In this document: positions 7,022-16,276 of the stretch, in pieces
Position numbering within the stretch: position 1 is the stretch's first letter
How the letters are laid out: every line of letters starts with the position of its first letter
Assembly (NCBI GenBank): GCA_030646955.1
Contig: JAUSKM010000028.1
Location: 1,065 to 65,064, forward strand
DNA: 64,000 nt
Direction: 5' to 3'
DNA from: a bacterium
GTDB taxonomy: Bacteria > Patescibacteriota > Patescibacteriia > JACPHY01
Notes under the pieces: model-generated
What the model was told of the DNA's origin: nothing
The model's database searches: none
Seen by the model: only the letters and a program-made list of their open reading frames with translations
Position numbers and translations under genes: made by a program

Positions 7022-7933
7022 ATGCGAACGTTCGTGATGATGGCCTGCCTCGCCGTGATGGCGGGCGGGTGCGGAGCAACGCAGCAGGGCGATCAGCCGG
7101 CCGCGGCCGTGCAGCCCGAAAGCCACAAGGAGACGCCGACGCAGGCCACTGCGCCGCTCGAGGACTCCAAGTACCCGCAGATCACAGAGATCATGAGGGG
7201 GGTCAGCCCCGATCAGTGCGATGAGGTGGGTATCTTCGGGCAGCTCTTGCGCGTCTTCGCAAAGATGCCCGACGAGCAGTTGCGGCGGGTGCAGCAAGAG
7301 TGCGACGTCGAGCAAGATGGGATGGTTGCAACCGCCGTACCGTGCATCATGACCGTGGCACAGGCCGTTGCGGACGCTCGTCGCGCGCCCGGCGGGCCGT
7401 GCAGCGCCACGGACCAGCGCGCCGAGGCCGAGCGGCTGACCACGGAGCTTCGTGAGTTCCCCCCGCCGCCCGAGCCCATGCCGGAGCCGATGCCGACGAA
7501 GCTCGCGCTGGAGCTGTGGACCGGCTACATGCTCATGGACCTGGAGCAGTCGCCGCCCAAGATGGTGGCGCTTGACACCGAGCACTACATCACCTGGGCG
7601 GAGGCGCTCAAGAACGGTGTCGTGCTGCAGCCCGAACCGCTTCCCGGTGGCGGATGGTGCTTCCCGGTTCCGGGAGGCGTGATCTTTCGCAGCGTCTGTT
7701 CCTCGGAGAACGGCGTGTGGGGGACCATCGTCATCGACAGCGGCAAGGACGCGGGGCACGCGTTCAACGTGCGCGCCCACAAGGTGGAATCCATGCTCGA
7801 CCCGTGTTCCCGGGGCGTCTGCGGCAAGTTCTACAAGCTCGTCGCGGACGACGTCGTCGGGTGCAGCGGCCCGCGCTGCCGCGAGTTTTGGGAGCACACC
7901 AACGACTCCTCCTCTTCCCTCAAGCAGCTTTGA
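7022..7933 (+). CDS. secreted lipoprotein with Cys-rich C-terminal domain (GGGWCFPVPG…DDVVGCSGPRCRE), paralogue of 11403..12269
   Basis: GAGGAGAAG RBS is present. The signal peptide plus MAGGC lipobox indicates a lipoprotein. The C-terminal ~100 aa are shared with the 11403 gene. Confidence 0.6.
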   Translation: MRTFVMMACLAVMAGGCGATQQGDQPAAAVQPESHKETPTQATAPLEDSKYPQITEIMRGVSPDQCDEVGIFGQLLRVFAKMPDEQLRRVQQECDVEQDGMVATAVPCIMTVAQAVADARRAPGGPCSATDQRAEAERLTTELREFPPPPEPMPEPMPTKLALELWTGYMLMDLEQSPPKMVALDTEHYITWAEALKNGVVLQPEPLPGGGWCFPVPGGVIFRSVCSSENGVWGTIVIDSGKDAGHAFNVRAHKVESMLDPCSRGVCGKFYKLVADDVVGCSGPRCREFWEHTNDSSSSLKQL

Positions 7934-8180
7934 CGCTGCACGGTGCCGAGCCACGCGCTCGGCACCTCCCCACGCAAGATGAGTCATCATCTTCCGTGGG
8001 GAGGACAGCCTCCGATTCACAATCAACCCATTCCTTCCTCGTCATTTCGACCGAGTGCTGCTGTGCGCGAGTGGAGAAATTTCTGCATGTCGCAGTTCGT
8101 GTGATGTGTGAGATTGCTTCGTCGCGTGAGGCCGCGCTTCTCGCAATGACGGGAGGGAAAGAGAAAAGAGAGGAGATCCG

Positions 8181-9437
8181 ATGCGTGTATTCGCACTGGT
8201 GCTCATCATGGCCGCGATGTTCGCGGCGTGCGACAACGAGGACGAGCAGGAGGGTGCGCCGCTGTCCACGGAGGAGTGGACCACACTCCCGCCGTCCGAG
8301 GAGGCCTGCGGCAGCACCGAGCAGGCGTTGACCGTGAGCGACCTGATCAAGTACAGGCGCAAGCACCCGGTGAAGGTGCCGGCCTGGGCCGCCCCGGAGC
8401 CGACGTGCGAGCAACCCACGCTGCGCGTGGCAAACGTCGGCCCGACGGACGATCCCGAGGGCGAGTTCCTGGGCATTGCCGCCACCGTGACCGCGGGCAA
8501 CTGCAGCGTCACGGTGGAACACATCACGTTTTCTCTGCGCATGCGCATCGACGGCGTCGCACAGGCGGTGGGCGGTCCAAGCGACCTGCTCACCGGTGTG
8601 CGGATCGCCGCAGGCGACCCGGCCGGACTGCCCGGCGGCGCTCCGCTCGCGGATGCGCTGACGGAGGAGCTGTACAGCTATCCCGTTGGCGCGTACGCGC
8701 TGGCGTGGAGCACCTACGGCTCGTACCGCGACGATGCGGTAGCGGTGCCCGCGGGTGAGAGTCGCACCATCGGATTGTTCGCATCGCTTGGCACCGCCGC
8801 TCCCGCGACGTACCTCTTCAGCGTTAGCGGCGCCTCCGTGCGCATCGGCAACGAGGAGTACCCGCGCGAGTTTGGCGGTCCGCTCTTTGGCCTCCCGTTT
8901 CGCGTGACGGAGCCGCCGCCCGCGGTCTGCAAGCAGCCGTTCGTGAGCGTGTGGCCGCTGGCGCCCGAGGACAACACCTTCGGCGTGTCGCGCAAGCTCA
9001 TCGCCGAGGTTTTCGCTCCGGACTGCGACCTGCATCTCACGCGGTTCGATGTTTCGTTCCGCCGCGTGAACGACGTGGAGGGCGATGGCGGCGAGCAGTG
9101 GGCACTCTTCTCGTGGAGCCACCTGTCGAAAGTGGAAACGCTCGACCTCGCAGTCGGACTCAATGCCGATCCGGACGAGATCACACACATCTCCGTCCAA
9201 TCGGTCGAGGGGCTTTCCGGCGCGGTGATGCGAACGTTCAGCTCATGGGAAGGAATCCACGTCCCGGCCGGCGACAGCGCGATTTTCGAGATCGCCACGT
9301 CGCTGGACGCGGACATCCTTCCCGGTGAGTACCTGCTCGCCGTCGAACGGGTGGAGGGCACCGTGCTCGACACCGACGACGACGTGCAGCTCTACGGACT
9401 GCCCGCCTTCGGCATCCCGTTCACCATCTCGGAGTAG
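8181..9437 (+). CDS. hypothetical lipoprotein (418 aa, lipobox MFAAC)
   Basis: A strong RBS GAGAGGAG is present. It has a signal peptide plus Cys and an acidic N-terminal region. Confidence 0.6.
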   Translation: MRVFALVLIMAAMFAACDNEDEQEGAPLSTEEWTTLPPSEEACGSTEQALTVSDLIKYRRKHPVKVPAWAAPEPTCEQPTLRVANVGPTDDPEGEFLGIAATVTAGNCSVTVEHITFSLRMRIDGVAQAVGGPSDLLTGVRIAAGDPAGLPGGAPLADALTEELYSYPVGAYALAWSTYGSYRDDAVAVPAGESRTIGLFASLGTAAPATYLFSVSGASVRIGNEEYPREFGGPLFGLPFRVTEPPPAVCKQPFVSVWPLAPEDNTFGVSRKLIAEVFAPDCDLHLTRFDVSFRRVNDVEGDGGEQWALFSWSHLSKVETLDLAVGLNADPDEITHISVQSVEGLSGAVMRTFSSWEGIHVPAGDSAIFEIATSLDADILPGEYLLAVERVEGTVLDTDDDVQLYGLPAFGIPFTISE

Positions 9438-9599
9438 CTCTTTCCGGTTCGATGCCGCGTGCGTACCAGCACGCGGCCCCACCTCTGCACTGGTTACACA
9501 ACCAGGATGGAGGTGGGAATGTACGGATAGCACCTTTAATCTGACGAGTCGGCTGCGTGGTGCAGCCGGGATTGTTTCGAAACGAAAGGAGAGGGAACG

Positions 9600-10547
9600 A
9601 TGCGAATGCGAAACGGTGTTCTCGTGGCGCTCTGCGTTGGACTGATCATGGGCTGCGCGGCGCGACAGCACTCGCTGGAGCCGGAGCTGTCCTACGCGCT
9701 GGATGCGGCACGCAACCCGCAGGAGGTGGCGTACGTCGGCAACAACCCGGAGCTCGCGATGCTGTTCGACGCGCTCGCGCGGCGGACCCCGAGTGCCTTC
9801 CGTGGCGTCAAGATGTCCAGCATCGCCGACGTCATGCAGGATTGCGACCCTGCGGATGGCACGCTCGCCTCCCACATCGCACCGACGCTCCACGGCATCG
9901 AGGTGACCGTGGAGGCAAGCTGCTTCGCGGGCAACACCTACGTGATGTCGAAGCGGTCAACGACCGTCGCGCTGACGACAGCGACCGTGCCGGATCCGGA
10001 CGTCGGACTGTCGGCGGAGGAGCTGCAGGAGCGATACCCGCGCATGGAGTACGAGAAGCTCCGGTCGCACAAACACAAGGATGCATGGTTCGCTCCGTTC
10101 GCGGGCGTGTATCACTTGCGGTATGCGCGCCCGCTCTCCGTGGTGCTCTCCGCCGAGAAGTTCGGCATCGAGACCGATTTCGTGCGCGCCGAGCAGCGGG
10201 TTGCGGTTACGTTTCGCCAGCGCTACGACATGCAGCTGGAGGGAAACGACTTCACGGAGGCGTCCGCAATCTACGCGGGCATCGTGGATGACTACGGCGA
10301 CGGCAACCACCTCGTCACTCCGTGGGAGTACGCGAAGTTCGAGGAGGACATCCTGCGTCTCGCGGCCATTCACCTCGGCCTCCTGGCAGATGCCGAAGTG
10401 CGTCGCATGCTGACGGAGCAGGGCGTGCGCGTCAACGAGGCGACGCAGTGGGTCGAGCGCGTCCGCGCGCTCCAGGAGACCTCGTTGGTAGTGCAGTTCC
10501 CCCCGCCCGACACGGACGCACCCGAAGACCTCAGCCGCTCCTTCTGA
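9600..10547 (+). CDS. hypothetical lipoprotein (315 aa, lipobox IMGC)
   Basis: AGGAGAGGGAACG lies upstream of the ATG, and a signal peptide is present. Confidence 0.6.
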   Translation: MRMRNGVLVALCVGLIMGCAARQHSLEPELSYALDAARNPQEVAYVGNNPELAMLFDALARRTPSAFRGVKMSSIADVMQDCDPADGTLASHIAPTLHGIEVTVEASCFAGNTYVMSKRSTTVALTTATVPDPDVGLSAEELQERYPRMEYEKLRSHKHKDAWFAPFAGVYHLRYARPLSVVLSAEKFGIETDFVRAEQRVAVTFRQRYDMQLEGNDFTEASAIYAGIVDDYGDGNHLVTPWEYAKFEEDILRLAAIHLGLLADAEVRRMLTEQGVRVNEATQWVERVRALQETSLVVQFPPPDTDAPEDLSRSF

Positions 10548-10683
10548 TCGTCCTTTTTTCCTTCCCCCGCCGCGTGCGTACCAGCACGCGGCCCCACCTC
10601 TGCACTGGTCATGGGACCAGGATGGAGGTGGGCAGTACCGATGTAAGTAGTACCTTCCAACGACGTTTGATGAAAGGAGGACC

Positions 10684-11262
10684 ATGAGCGATCAGGATCG
10701 TGCGAATGGTTCCGGTGGCGATGTGCGCAACGATTTCGATCAGTGGTTCTGGGACGTGTGCCTGCCGAACGCGATGGACGCAAAGCACGGCGCCGATACG
10801 GAACCGTACGATGCGGACGACACGTACTCCTGGGGTGACGATTTGTACCCCTGGGAGCAGGAGCAGGAGGACGCCGCCCAGGACGAGGCAGACACCATCT
10901 ACTACGATGAGCTGCAGGCGGACCTCGACAACATGGACGAGTGGCTGCGCGAGGAGGACGAGCGTAGGCAGCGCGACGAGGAAGATCGCAACGAATTCTT
11001 CATCTTCGCTCGGCAGCATCGCCTGCCCGCCCCGCTCCGCACCCAGTTCTTCACCTGCCTCGACGGCGAGCAGTGCGCTGGCATGAGCGGCGACGTGTAC
11101 CGGCGCAGCGCGAGGAATCGCAGCTGGGACCGCTACCAGCGGGACTGCAAGGACAAGACCCTCCGCTCCTGGAAGCGCTACCGCGAGCGGCAGTGGTGGC
11201 GATTCCCGTCGCGTGCGTGGATGCGGCACCACCCGGGCCTCGACGAGTGGCCGAACGTTTGA
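10684..11262 (+). CDS. hypothetical acidic protein with Arg/Trp-rich C-terminus (192 aa)
   Basis: AAAGGAGG lies 6 nt upstream. The D/E-rich N-terminal two thirds are followed by a basic C-terminus. Confidence 0.55.
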   Translation: MSDQDRANGSGGDVRNDFDQWFWDVCLPNAMDAKHGADTEPYDADDTYSWGDDLYPWEQEQEDAAQDEADTIYYDELQADLDNMDEWLREEDERRQRDEEDRNEFFIFARQHRLPAPLRTQFFTCLDGEQCAGMSGDVYRRSARNRSWDRYQRDCKDKTLRSWKRYRERQWWRFPSRAWMRHHPGLDEWPNV

Positions 11263-11402
11263 TGATCGTAGTTGCCGACCCTCATGGTCGGCAACTCCCC
11301 TGAGCCATCGCACAACGATGGTTCAGGGGAGGAAGTCCTCCGCGTTTTACAACCCCTGGCACTCACGTGCCAGCTTCAGAGGAAGAAAGAAAGGAGTTCC
11401 CG

Positions 11403-12269
11403 ATGCGAAGCATCATGGTGCTCACCCTGGCCGCGGCGCTGGCCGCGTGTGCTGGGACGCAGCAGGAGAGCATGACAACCGTAGACACCGGCAACAGCGG
11501 CATGACCGCGACGCAGTACGCCGTGGCCGAGATGGGACCGTCGGTCTGCTCGGTCGAGGATATCAGCGACGTGCTGACGCAGGCCCTCCGCACCGAGGAA
11601 GATGTGCGCGAGTTCCAGCGCGGGTGCGGCATCAATCCGAGCACGGGCGTGCTGGATGACGCAACGGGCTCGTGCATCCATTCCACCGCGAGCACGATCC
11701 TGCAGGCGCGTCGCGAGCTGGGCATGTGCAGCGAGACGCCGGAGCCGCACGGCTCGGCCGAGGATCTGGTCCGCGATCTCCGCGAGTCGCTCGCGCAGGT
11801 GCCGCCCCCGCTCGGACCGATGCCCAGCGTGTCGCCGCTTCCCGCGGAGCTCCGGTTCGCCGCGTGGAGCGGGTTCGCCATCGTGAGCCTCGATCACGCG
11901 CCGCCGCGGGCTGCGGCGCTCGATGCGAACGGCCCCATCACGCAGGACGCGTTTTCTCGGGGTGTGGAGCTCCAGGCCGAGCAGATTCCCGGCGGCGGGT
12001 GGTGCTTCCCGGTTCCCGGGAGCATGACCTTCCGCGCGATCTGCTCGTCCGATAACGGCGTGTGGGGTGAGGTCGCGGTTCGCGATAGCGAGTTTGCCGG
12101 GCATACGCTCAACGTGCGTGCGACCAAGTATCCGATGTCGGGCCTCATCGCGTGCAGCGGCGATATCTGCGGCAACGTCTACAGCCTTGCCACCGACGAT
12201 GTTGTCGGGTGCAGCGGCCCGCGCTGCCGCGAGCTGTTCGACCGGAACCTGCGACCCAAGTCCGAGTAG
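11403..12269 (+). CDS. secreted lipoprotein paralogue (288 aa) sharing the Cys-rich C-terminal domain with 7022..7933
   Basis: AAAGGAG RBS is present with lipobox LAAC. The C-terminus GGGWCFPVPGSMTFRAICSS…DDVVGCSGPRCRE matches the 7022 gene. Confidence 0.6.
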   Translation: MRSIMVLTLAAALAACAGTQQESMTTVDTGNSGMTATQYAVAEMGPSVCSVEDISDVLTQALRTEEDVREFQRGCGINPSTGVLDDATGSCIHSTASTILQARRELGMCSETPEPHGSAEDLVRDLRESLAQVPPPLGPMPSVSPLPAELRFAAWSGFAIVSLDHAPPRAAALDANGPITQDAFSRGVELQAEQIPGGGWCFPVPGSMTFRAICSSDNGVWGEVAVRDSEFAGHTLNVRATKYPMSGLIACSGDICGNVYSLATDDVVGCSGPRCRELFDRNLRPKSE

Positions 12270-12452
12270 CACCCGCCACGCTCCGAAGTTCTTTCCCGGT
12301 GCCGACCCTCATGGTCGGCACCTCCCCCCGGCACGCTATCGCATGCATGTGCAATTGCAGATAGCAGACCGAGGGGAGGGAGGTCTCCGCTTCACAATTC
12401 TTGGCGCTCACGCGCCAGCTTCAGAGGAAGAAAGAAAAGAAAGGAGTTCCCG

Positions 12453-12545
12453 ATGCGCAGCGCGCGGATCATTGGGCGCGCAAACGGGACGCGCGGCAGC
12501 AAGCGCGCAGGCACCGCGACCTCGCGTCGCGGCAGCGAGATATGA
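12453..12545 (+). pseudogene. Remnant duplication of the 5' leader, RBS and first codons of lipoprotein gene 11403 (30-codon ORF)
   Basis: Sequence 12405-12460 (CTCACGCGCCAGCTTCAGAGGAAGAAAGAAA…GGAGTTCCCGATGCG) nearly repeats 11355-11405. The ORF ends after 30 codons. Confidence 0.35.
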
Positions 12546-12639
12546 TGATGTCTGAGCAGGACATCGCAGACGAGCGGCTGCAAGCAGCACGCAAATGAAA
12601 ACTGTCAGGCCCGAGACATCGGGCCTTTCCACCAGTGAT

Positions 12640-12825
12640 GATTTCTGGCATCATTGAGGGGAGGGAAGCGAATAAAATTGCGAGTCGGAACTTGCAAGAG
12701 GGACGGGTAGGTGATGGCGGTTGTGGCGACCGTACGCAAGTCGGTTTCCAGAGCCAACTCTCTCCTCCTATCACCTACCCATCTCTGCAGAGAAGCCCCA
12801 TGGAGGGCTTCTCTGTTTTTTGTTT
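12640..12825 (+). ncRNA. Candidate small RNA: 11-bp stem GGGTAGGTGAT/ATCACCTACCC closes a ~55-nt loop, followed by a strong intrinsic terminator
   Basis: The terminator is CAGAGAAGCCC-catgga-GGGCTTCTCTG plus TTTTTTGTTTT at 12787-12825. No ORF is present. Confidence 0.35.
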
Positions 12826-13230
12826 TGGGTGAGATTGCTTCGGGTGCTCGCAATGACGAGAATGGTAGGAGTGCGTGAAATGGTATGAGAGCGAGCAGCG
12901 AGGATCCAGCAGCCAGCACCTCTCCTTGACGCCGCCGGCTGATGCGCAACGATGGAGGTGCGCGTACTCATGAACAGCAATTGTTATGGAACAGGAAACG
13001 TGCGGATCGTGTGATTGCGGGAAGGCCGCGGAGACGGGTGTATGCTGCGGCGCCGGATGCGGGGCGGCATGCGGGACAGGCCATGATGATGCGAAAGATT
13101 GCGCGTGCGATGCGCATGGAACAACAGAGGCAAGCAAGAGCGACGCGGCGGCGTAGACACGACAGCGTTCCCTGTGGGAGTGCTGCCTGTTGTACACGAG
13201 GACTCTTTCGGTTTTTCTGCCGGCGTTCAC

Positions 13231-13362
13231 CCCATCTGATCCCCTCCCTCTCCGCGTACACGGGGAGAGGGAGGGAGAGGTGGGGCGATATCGCACCATC
13301 GCACAGCCAAGCATAGCCACCTCTCCCCCCTCCCCCCACGAGTACGTACGGGGAGGGGGAGG
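13231..13362. repeat. Composite G/C-rich palindromic element (about 130 nt): CCCCTCCCTCTCCGCGTACACGGGGAGAGGGAGGG / core / CCCCCTCCCCCCACGAGTACGTACGGGGAGGGGGAGG
   Basis: It is nearly identical, in reverse orientation, to 34347-34480. Further module copies occur elsewhere in the window. Confidence 0.7.
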
Positions 13363-13415
13363 ATAAGAAGCGTGCTTGGCGACACAAAAGCCGAAAGAAC
13401 CTACACTAGGAGAGT

Positions 13416-13874
13416 ATGAACATCGTCATCGGGGCGGACTACCGCGGATACAAGCGGAAGGAAGAGCTGAAAGCGTGGCTTGCGGAGCAGGGACATGTGG
13501 TGGAGGATCTTGGCTGCGAAACGGCCGAGGAGAATTCGTTCGTGCCGTACGCGGCGGCGGTGGCGCAGCGGGTTGCGCACGATAGCAATGTGTTGGGCAT
13601 CGTGATCTGCGGCTCCGGCGCGGGCGTGACGATTGCCGCAAACAAGGTGGCGGGCGCGCGTGCTGTGCTGGCGCAATCGCCGGAGGTGGCGGAGCATGGC
13701 CGTCGCTCGGACGATATGAACATTCTTGCGCTCTCCGCGGATTTCACCTCCTTTGCGTCTTCGCGTGCTATCGTTCGTGCGTTCTTGGAAACGGAATTTG
13801 AACCCTTGGAGCGCCGGGTGCAGCGGCTGGAGCAGATCGCCGCACTGGAGCGCGGGGAATCGGCGCACTCCTAG
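13416..13874 (+). CDS. rpiB: ribose-5-phosphate isomerase B
   Basis: The product has RpiB/LacAB-family motifs (IVIGADYRGY…GIVICGSGAGVTIAANK) and is 152 aa. Confidence 0.9.
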   Translation: MNIVIGADYRGYKRKEELKAWLAEQGHVVEDLGCETAEENSFVPYAAAVAQRVAHDSNVLGIVICGSGAGVTIAANKVAGARAVLAQSPEVAEHGRRSDDMNILALSADFTSFASSRAIVRAFLETEFEPLERRVQRLEQIAALERGESAHS

Positions 13875-13980
13875 CCAGCAGTTTTTAGATGCTCGCTCTC
13901 AGGGCGTAGCGGAGGCCTTCAGGCCTCCATCCCCTTCGGAATTATGGAGACCGTAAGGTCTCCGCTACACAGGACGCATC

Positions 13981-14646
13981 ATGCGCACCCCACAGCATCC
14001 CACCATCGTTCCAACCATTCTGGTAAAAGGCGAGCGCGAGTTTCGTGATCGGGTTCGTGCGGTGGCCGGCGTTGCGCCCATCGTGCATATTGATGTTATG
14101 GACGGGGCGTTCGTGCCGCGCAGGACGTGGGCAAATCCAAAAGTTATCGCGAAGCTGCGCGGCGCTGTGCGGTTTGCGGTGCACCTCATGGTGCGCGAGC
14201 CGTCTCCAATACTTGCGGCGTGGGCGAAGATTGCGCGCGTGGAGACCATTATCGTACACGCAGGGGCAACGAAGCGGCTCCCGGAGTTGCTGGCGGATGT
14301 GCATCTCACGGGGAAACGCGTGGGGCTTGCGGTGAATCCTGAGACACCGCTCTATCAGATTCTCCCGGCGCTTCCGTATGCGGACGAAGTGCTGCTCATG
14401 GCCAACGCACCGGGATTTTCCGGGCGTCCGTTTCTGCCAAAGACGCTCGCGCGTATTGCGACACTGCGCAGCCGCGCGCCGGAGCTTGTGATCGGCGTGG
14501 ACATTGGCGTGAATCTGGAGACCGCGCCGCAGATTGCCGCAGCCGGGGCAACGTACGCAGCCGCAGGGAGTGCGATTTTTGATGCGGAGGATCCCGCAAG
14601 GGCGTACCGCGCACTGGTGCGAGCGTTTCAGGGTGGGCGAGGTTGA
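13981..14646 (+). CDS. rpe: ribulose-phosphate 3-epimerase
   Basis: The product has the Rpe motifs VHIDVMDGAFVP and HLMV and is 221 aa. Confidence 0.9.
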   Translation: MRTPQHPTIVPTILVKGEREFRDRVRAVAGVAPIVHIDVMDGAFVPRRTWANPKVIAKLRGAVRFAVHLMVREPSPILAAWAKIARVETIIVHAGATKRLPELLADVHLTGKRVGLAVNPETPLYQILPALPYADEVLLMANAPGFSGRPFLPKTLARIATLRSRAPELVIGVDIGVNLETAPQIAAAGATYAAAGSAIFDAEDPARAYRALVRAFQGGRG

Positions 14647-14671
14647 TTTCGTAAACGGAAGTATCTAATCC

Positions 14672-14752
14672 ATCTGTCATTGCGAGTCCACGAAGCAATC
14701 CCGGCGGTGCCCGACGAACATCGAGATTGCTTCGAGTACTCGCAATGACATG
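14672..14752. repeat. Two copies of the ~29-nt hairpin repeat GTCATTGCGAG…CTCGCAATGAC (GTGAGATTGCTTCGAGTACTCGCAATGAC)
   Basis: One copy reads CATTGCGAGTCCACGAAGCAATC and the other GAGATTGCTTCGAGTACTCGCAATGACA. Confidence 0.6.
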
Positions 14753-14760
14753 CGTCTTGT

Positions 14761-15333
14761 ATGTCCAAGTATCTTCTCACCGCTGCGGCGGCGATCGTAT
14801 TGCTGGGTGCGGGGTGCGTCAGATCACAGCCCGCGCCGGAGCCGGCGGCACAGCAAGAAGCCGCAACGTTCATTGATCCCTCCGCGTCGCAATTGCCAGA
14901 CCTCACGCAGGCACCGCAGGCGCCGCCTACTGCGGCAGATGCAACGCCAACGATTCCCATCCCGCCGCCCAGCGCCTCGCCCGCGTCTACGGATGCCCCG
15001 CCCATCCTGCCGCCGCTGCCGGATGACAAGGGTGACAACGTGAACGCCTCACCGCGCCCCTCCCGCACGATTGTAGTGACCGCGAAGAAGTGGGCGTTTG
15101 AGCCCGCAGAGATCCGCATCACGAAGGGCGAGACGGTAGTGCTTGAGGTCAAGAGCGTTGACGTAGACCACGGCCTCCTCATCCCCGCGCTGAACATCAA
15201 TGAGAAACTGGAGTCGGGAAAGACGGTCCGCATCGAGCTGACGCCCAACGAGGCGGGTACCTTCCCCATGATTTGCAACGTTTACTGCGGTGCGAATCAC
15301 TCCTCCATGCGTGGGACGATTATCGTGGAGTGA
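14761..15333 (+). CDS. lipoprotein with CuA-type cupredoxin domain (cytochrome c oxidase subunit II-like)
   Basis: Lipobox LGAGC is present. The C-terminus carries H…CNVYCGANHSSM, a Cys-x3-Cys-x3-His-x2-Met CuA signature. Confidence 0.7.
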   Translation: MSKYLLTAAAAIVLLGAGCVRSQPAPEPAAQQEAATFIDPSASQLPDLTQAPQAPPTAADATPTIPIPPPSASPASTDAPPILPPLPDDKGDNVNASPRPSRTIVVTAKKWAFEPAEIRITKGETVVLEVKSVDVDHGLLIPALNINEKLESGKTVRIELTPNEAGTFPMICNVYCGANHSSMRGTIIVE

Positions 15334-15430
15334 GCGCAGCGTGCGCCATCACAACATCAGGAGGCCTCCGGGCCCCCTGATGTTTGTTTGTGGACGCACC
15401 ACGCGCCATCATGCGGTACAATGGAAGCGT

Positions 15431-16276
15431 ATGACCATTCGTCAGATGGAACGGAAGGCGAACGCGATTCGGCAAGATCTCGTCACGATGCTTACCGCGG
15501 CAGGATCGGGCCACTCGGCAGGCCCCCTGGGCATGGCGGATGTGTTTACCGCGTTGTACTTTTCCGTGCTCACGCACGATCCCAAGCATCCGGACGATCC
15601 GGAACGTGATCGGCTATTCCTCTCCAACGGACACATTTGTCCAATTTGGTACACGACGCTTGCGCACGCAGGATACTTGCCGCGCCGCGAGATGCTGACG
15701 ACGCTGCGCACGATGGGCAGTCGCCTGCAGGGCCACCCGCATCGCAAGGCGCTGCCGCCCATCGAGAATCCCGCCGGGCCATTGGGGCAGGGACTCTCGC
15801 AGGCCGCGGGGTACGCGTACGCTGCGCGCATCGATCATGCAAAGTTTCAAGTGTACTGCGTGCTCTCGGACGGCGAGCACGAGGAAGGGCAGACATGGGA
15901 GGCCATCATGTTTGCGGGCAAGCACCGGTTGGCAAGCATCACCGCCATCGTGGACCGCAATAATATCCAGATTGACGGGTACACAGAGGACATCATGCCG
16001 CTGGAGCCGCTGCGCGCTAAGTACGAGGCATTCAACTGGCACGTCATCGAGGTAGACGGGCACAACATGGAGGAGATCATCGACGCATGCAGCCTGGCGA
16101 AAGCAATCGTTGAGAAGCCCGTTGCGATTCTCGCGCACACGATTCCCGGCAAGGGCGTGGACTTCATGGAGTTTGATTACGTCTGGCACGGCAAGCCCCC
16201 AAACAGCACTGAAGCCCGCGACGCCCTCCACCAACTCCGCACGCTGGGCGGGAGGATTGTGGGGGAGCATGAGTAA
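15431..16276 (+). CDS. transketolase, N-terminal (TPP-binding) subunit of a split enzyme
   Basis: SGHSAGPLGMADVF matches the Tkt thiamine-diphosphate domain. The ORF stops where the C-terminal subunit ORF begins. Confidence 0.85.
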   Translation: MTIRQMERKANAIRQDLVTMLTAAGSGHSAGPLGMADVFTALYFSVLTHDPKHPDDPERDRLFLSNGHICPIWYTTLAHAGYLPRREMLTTLRTMGSRLQGHPHRKALPPIENPAGPLGQGLSQAAGYAYAARIDHAKFQVYCVLSDGEHEEGQTWEAIMFAGKHRLASITAIVDRNNIQIDGYTEDIMPLEPLRAKYEAFNWHVIEVDGHNMEEIIDACSLAKAIVEKPVAILAHTIPGKGVDFMEFDYVWHGKPPNSTEARDALHQLRTLGGRIVGEHE

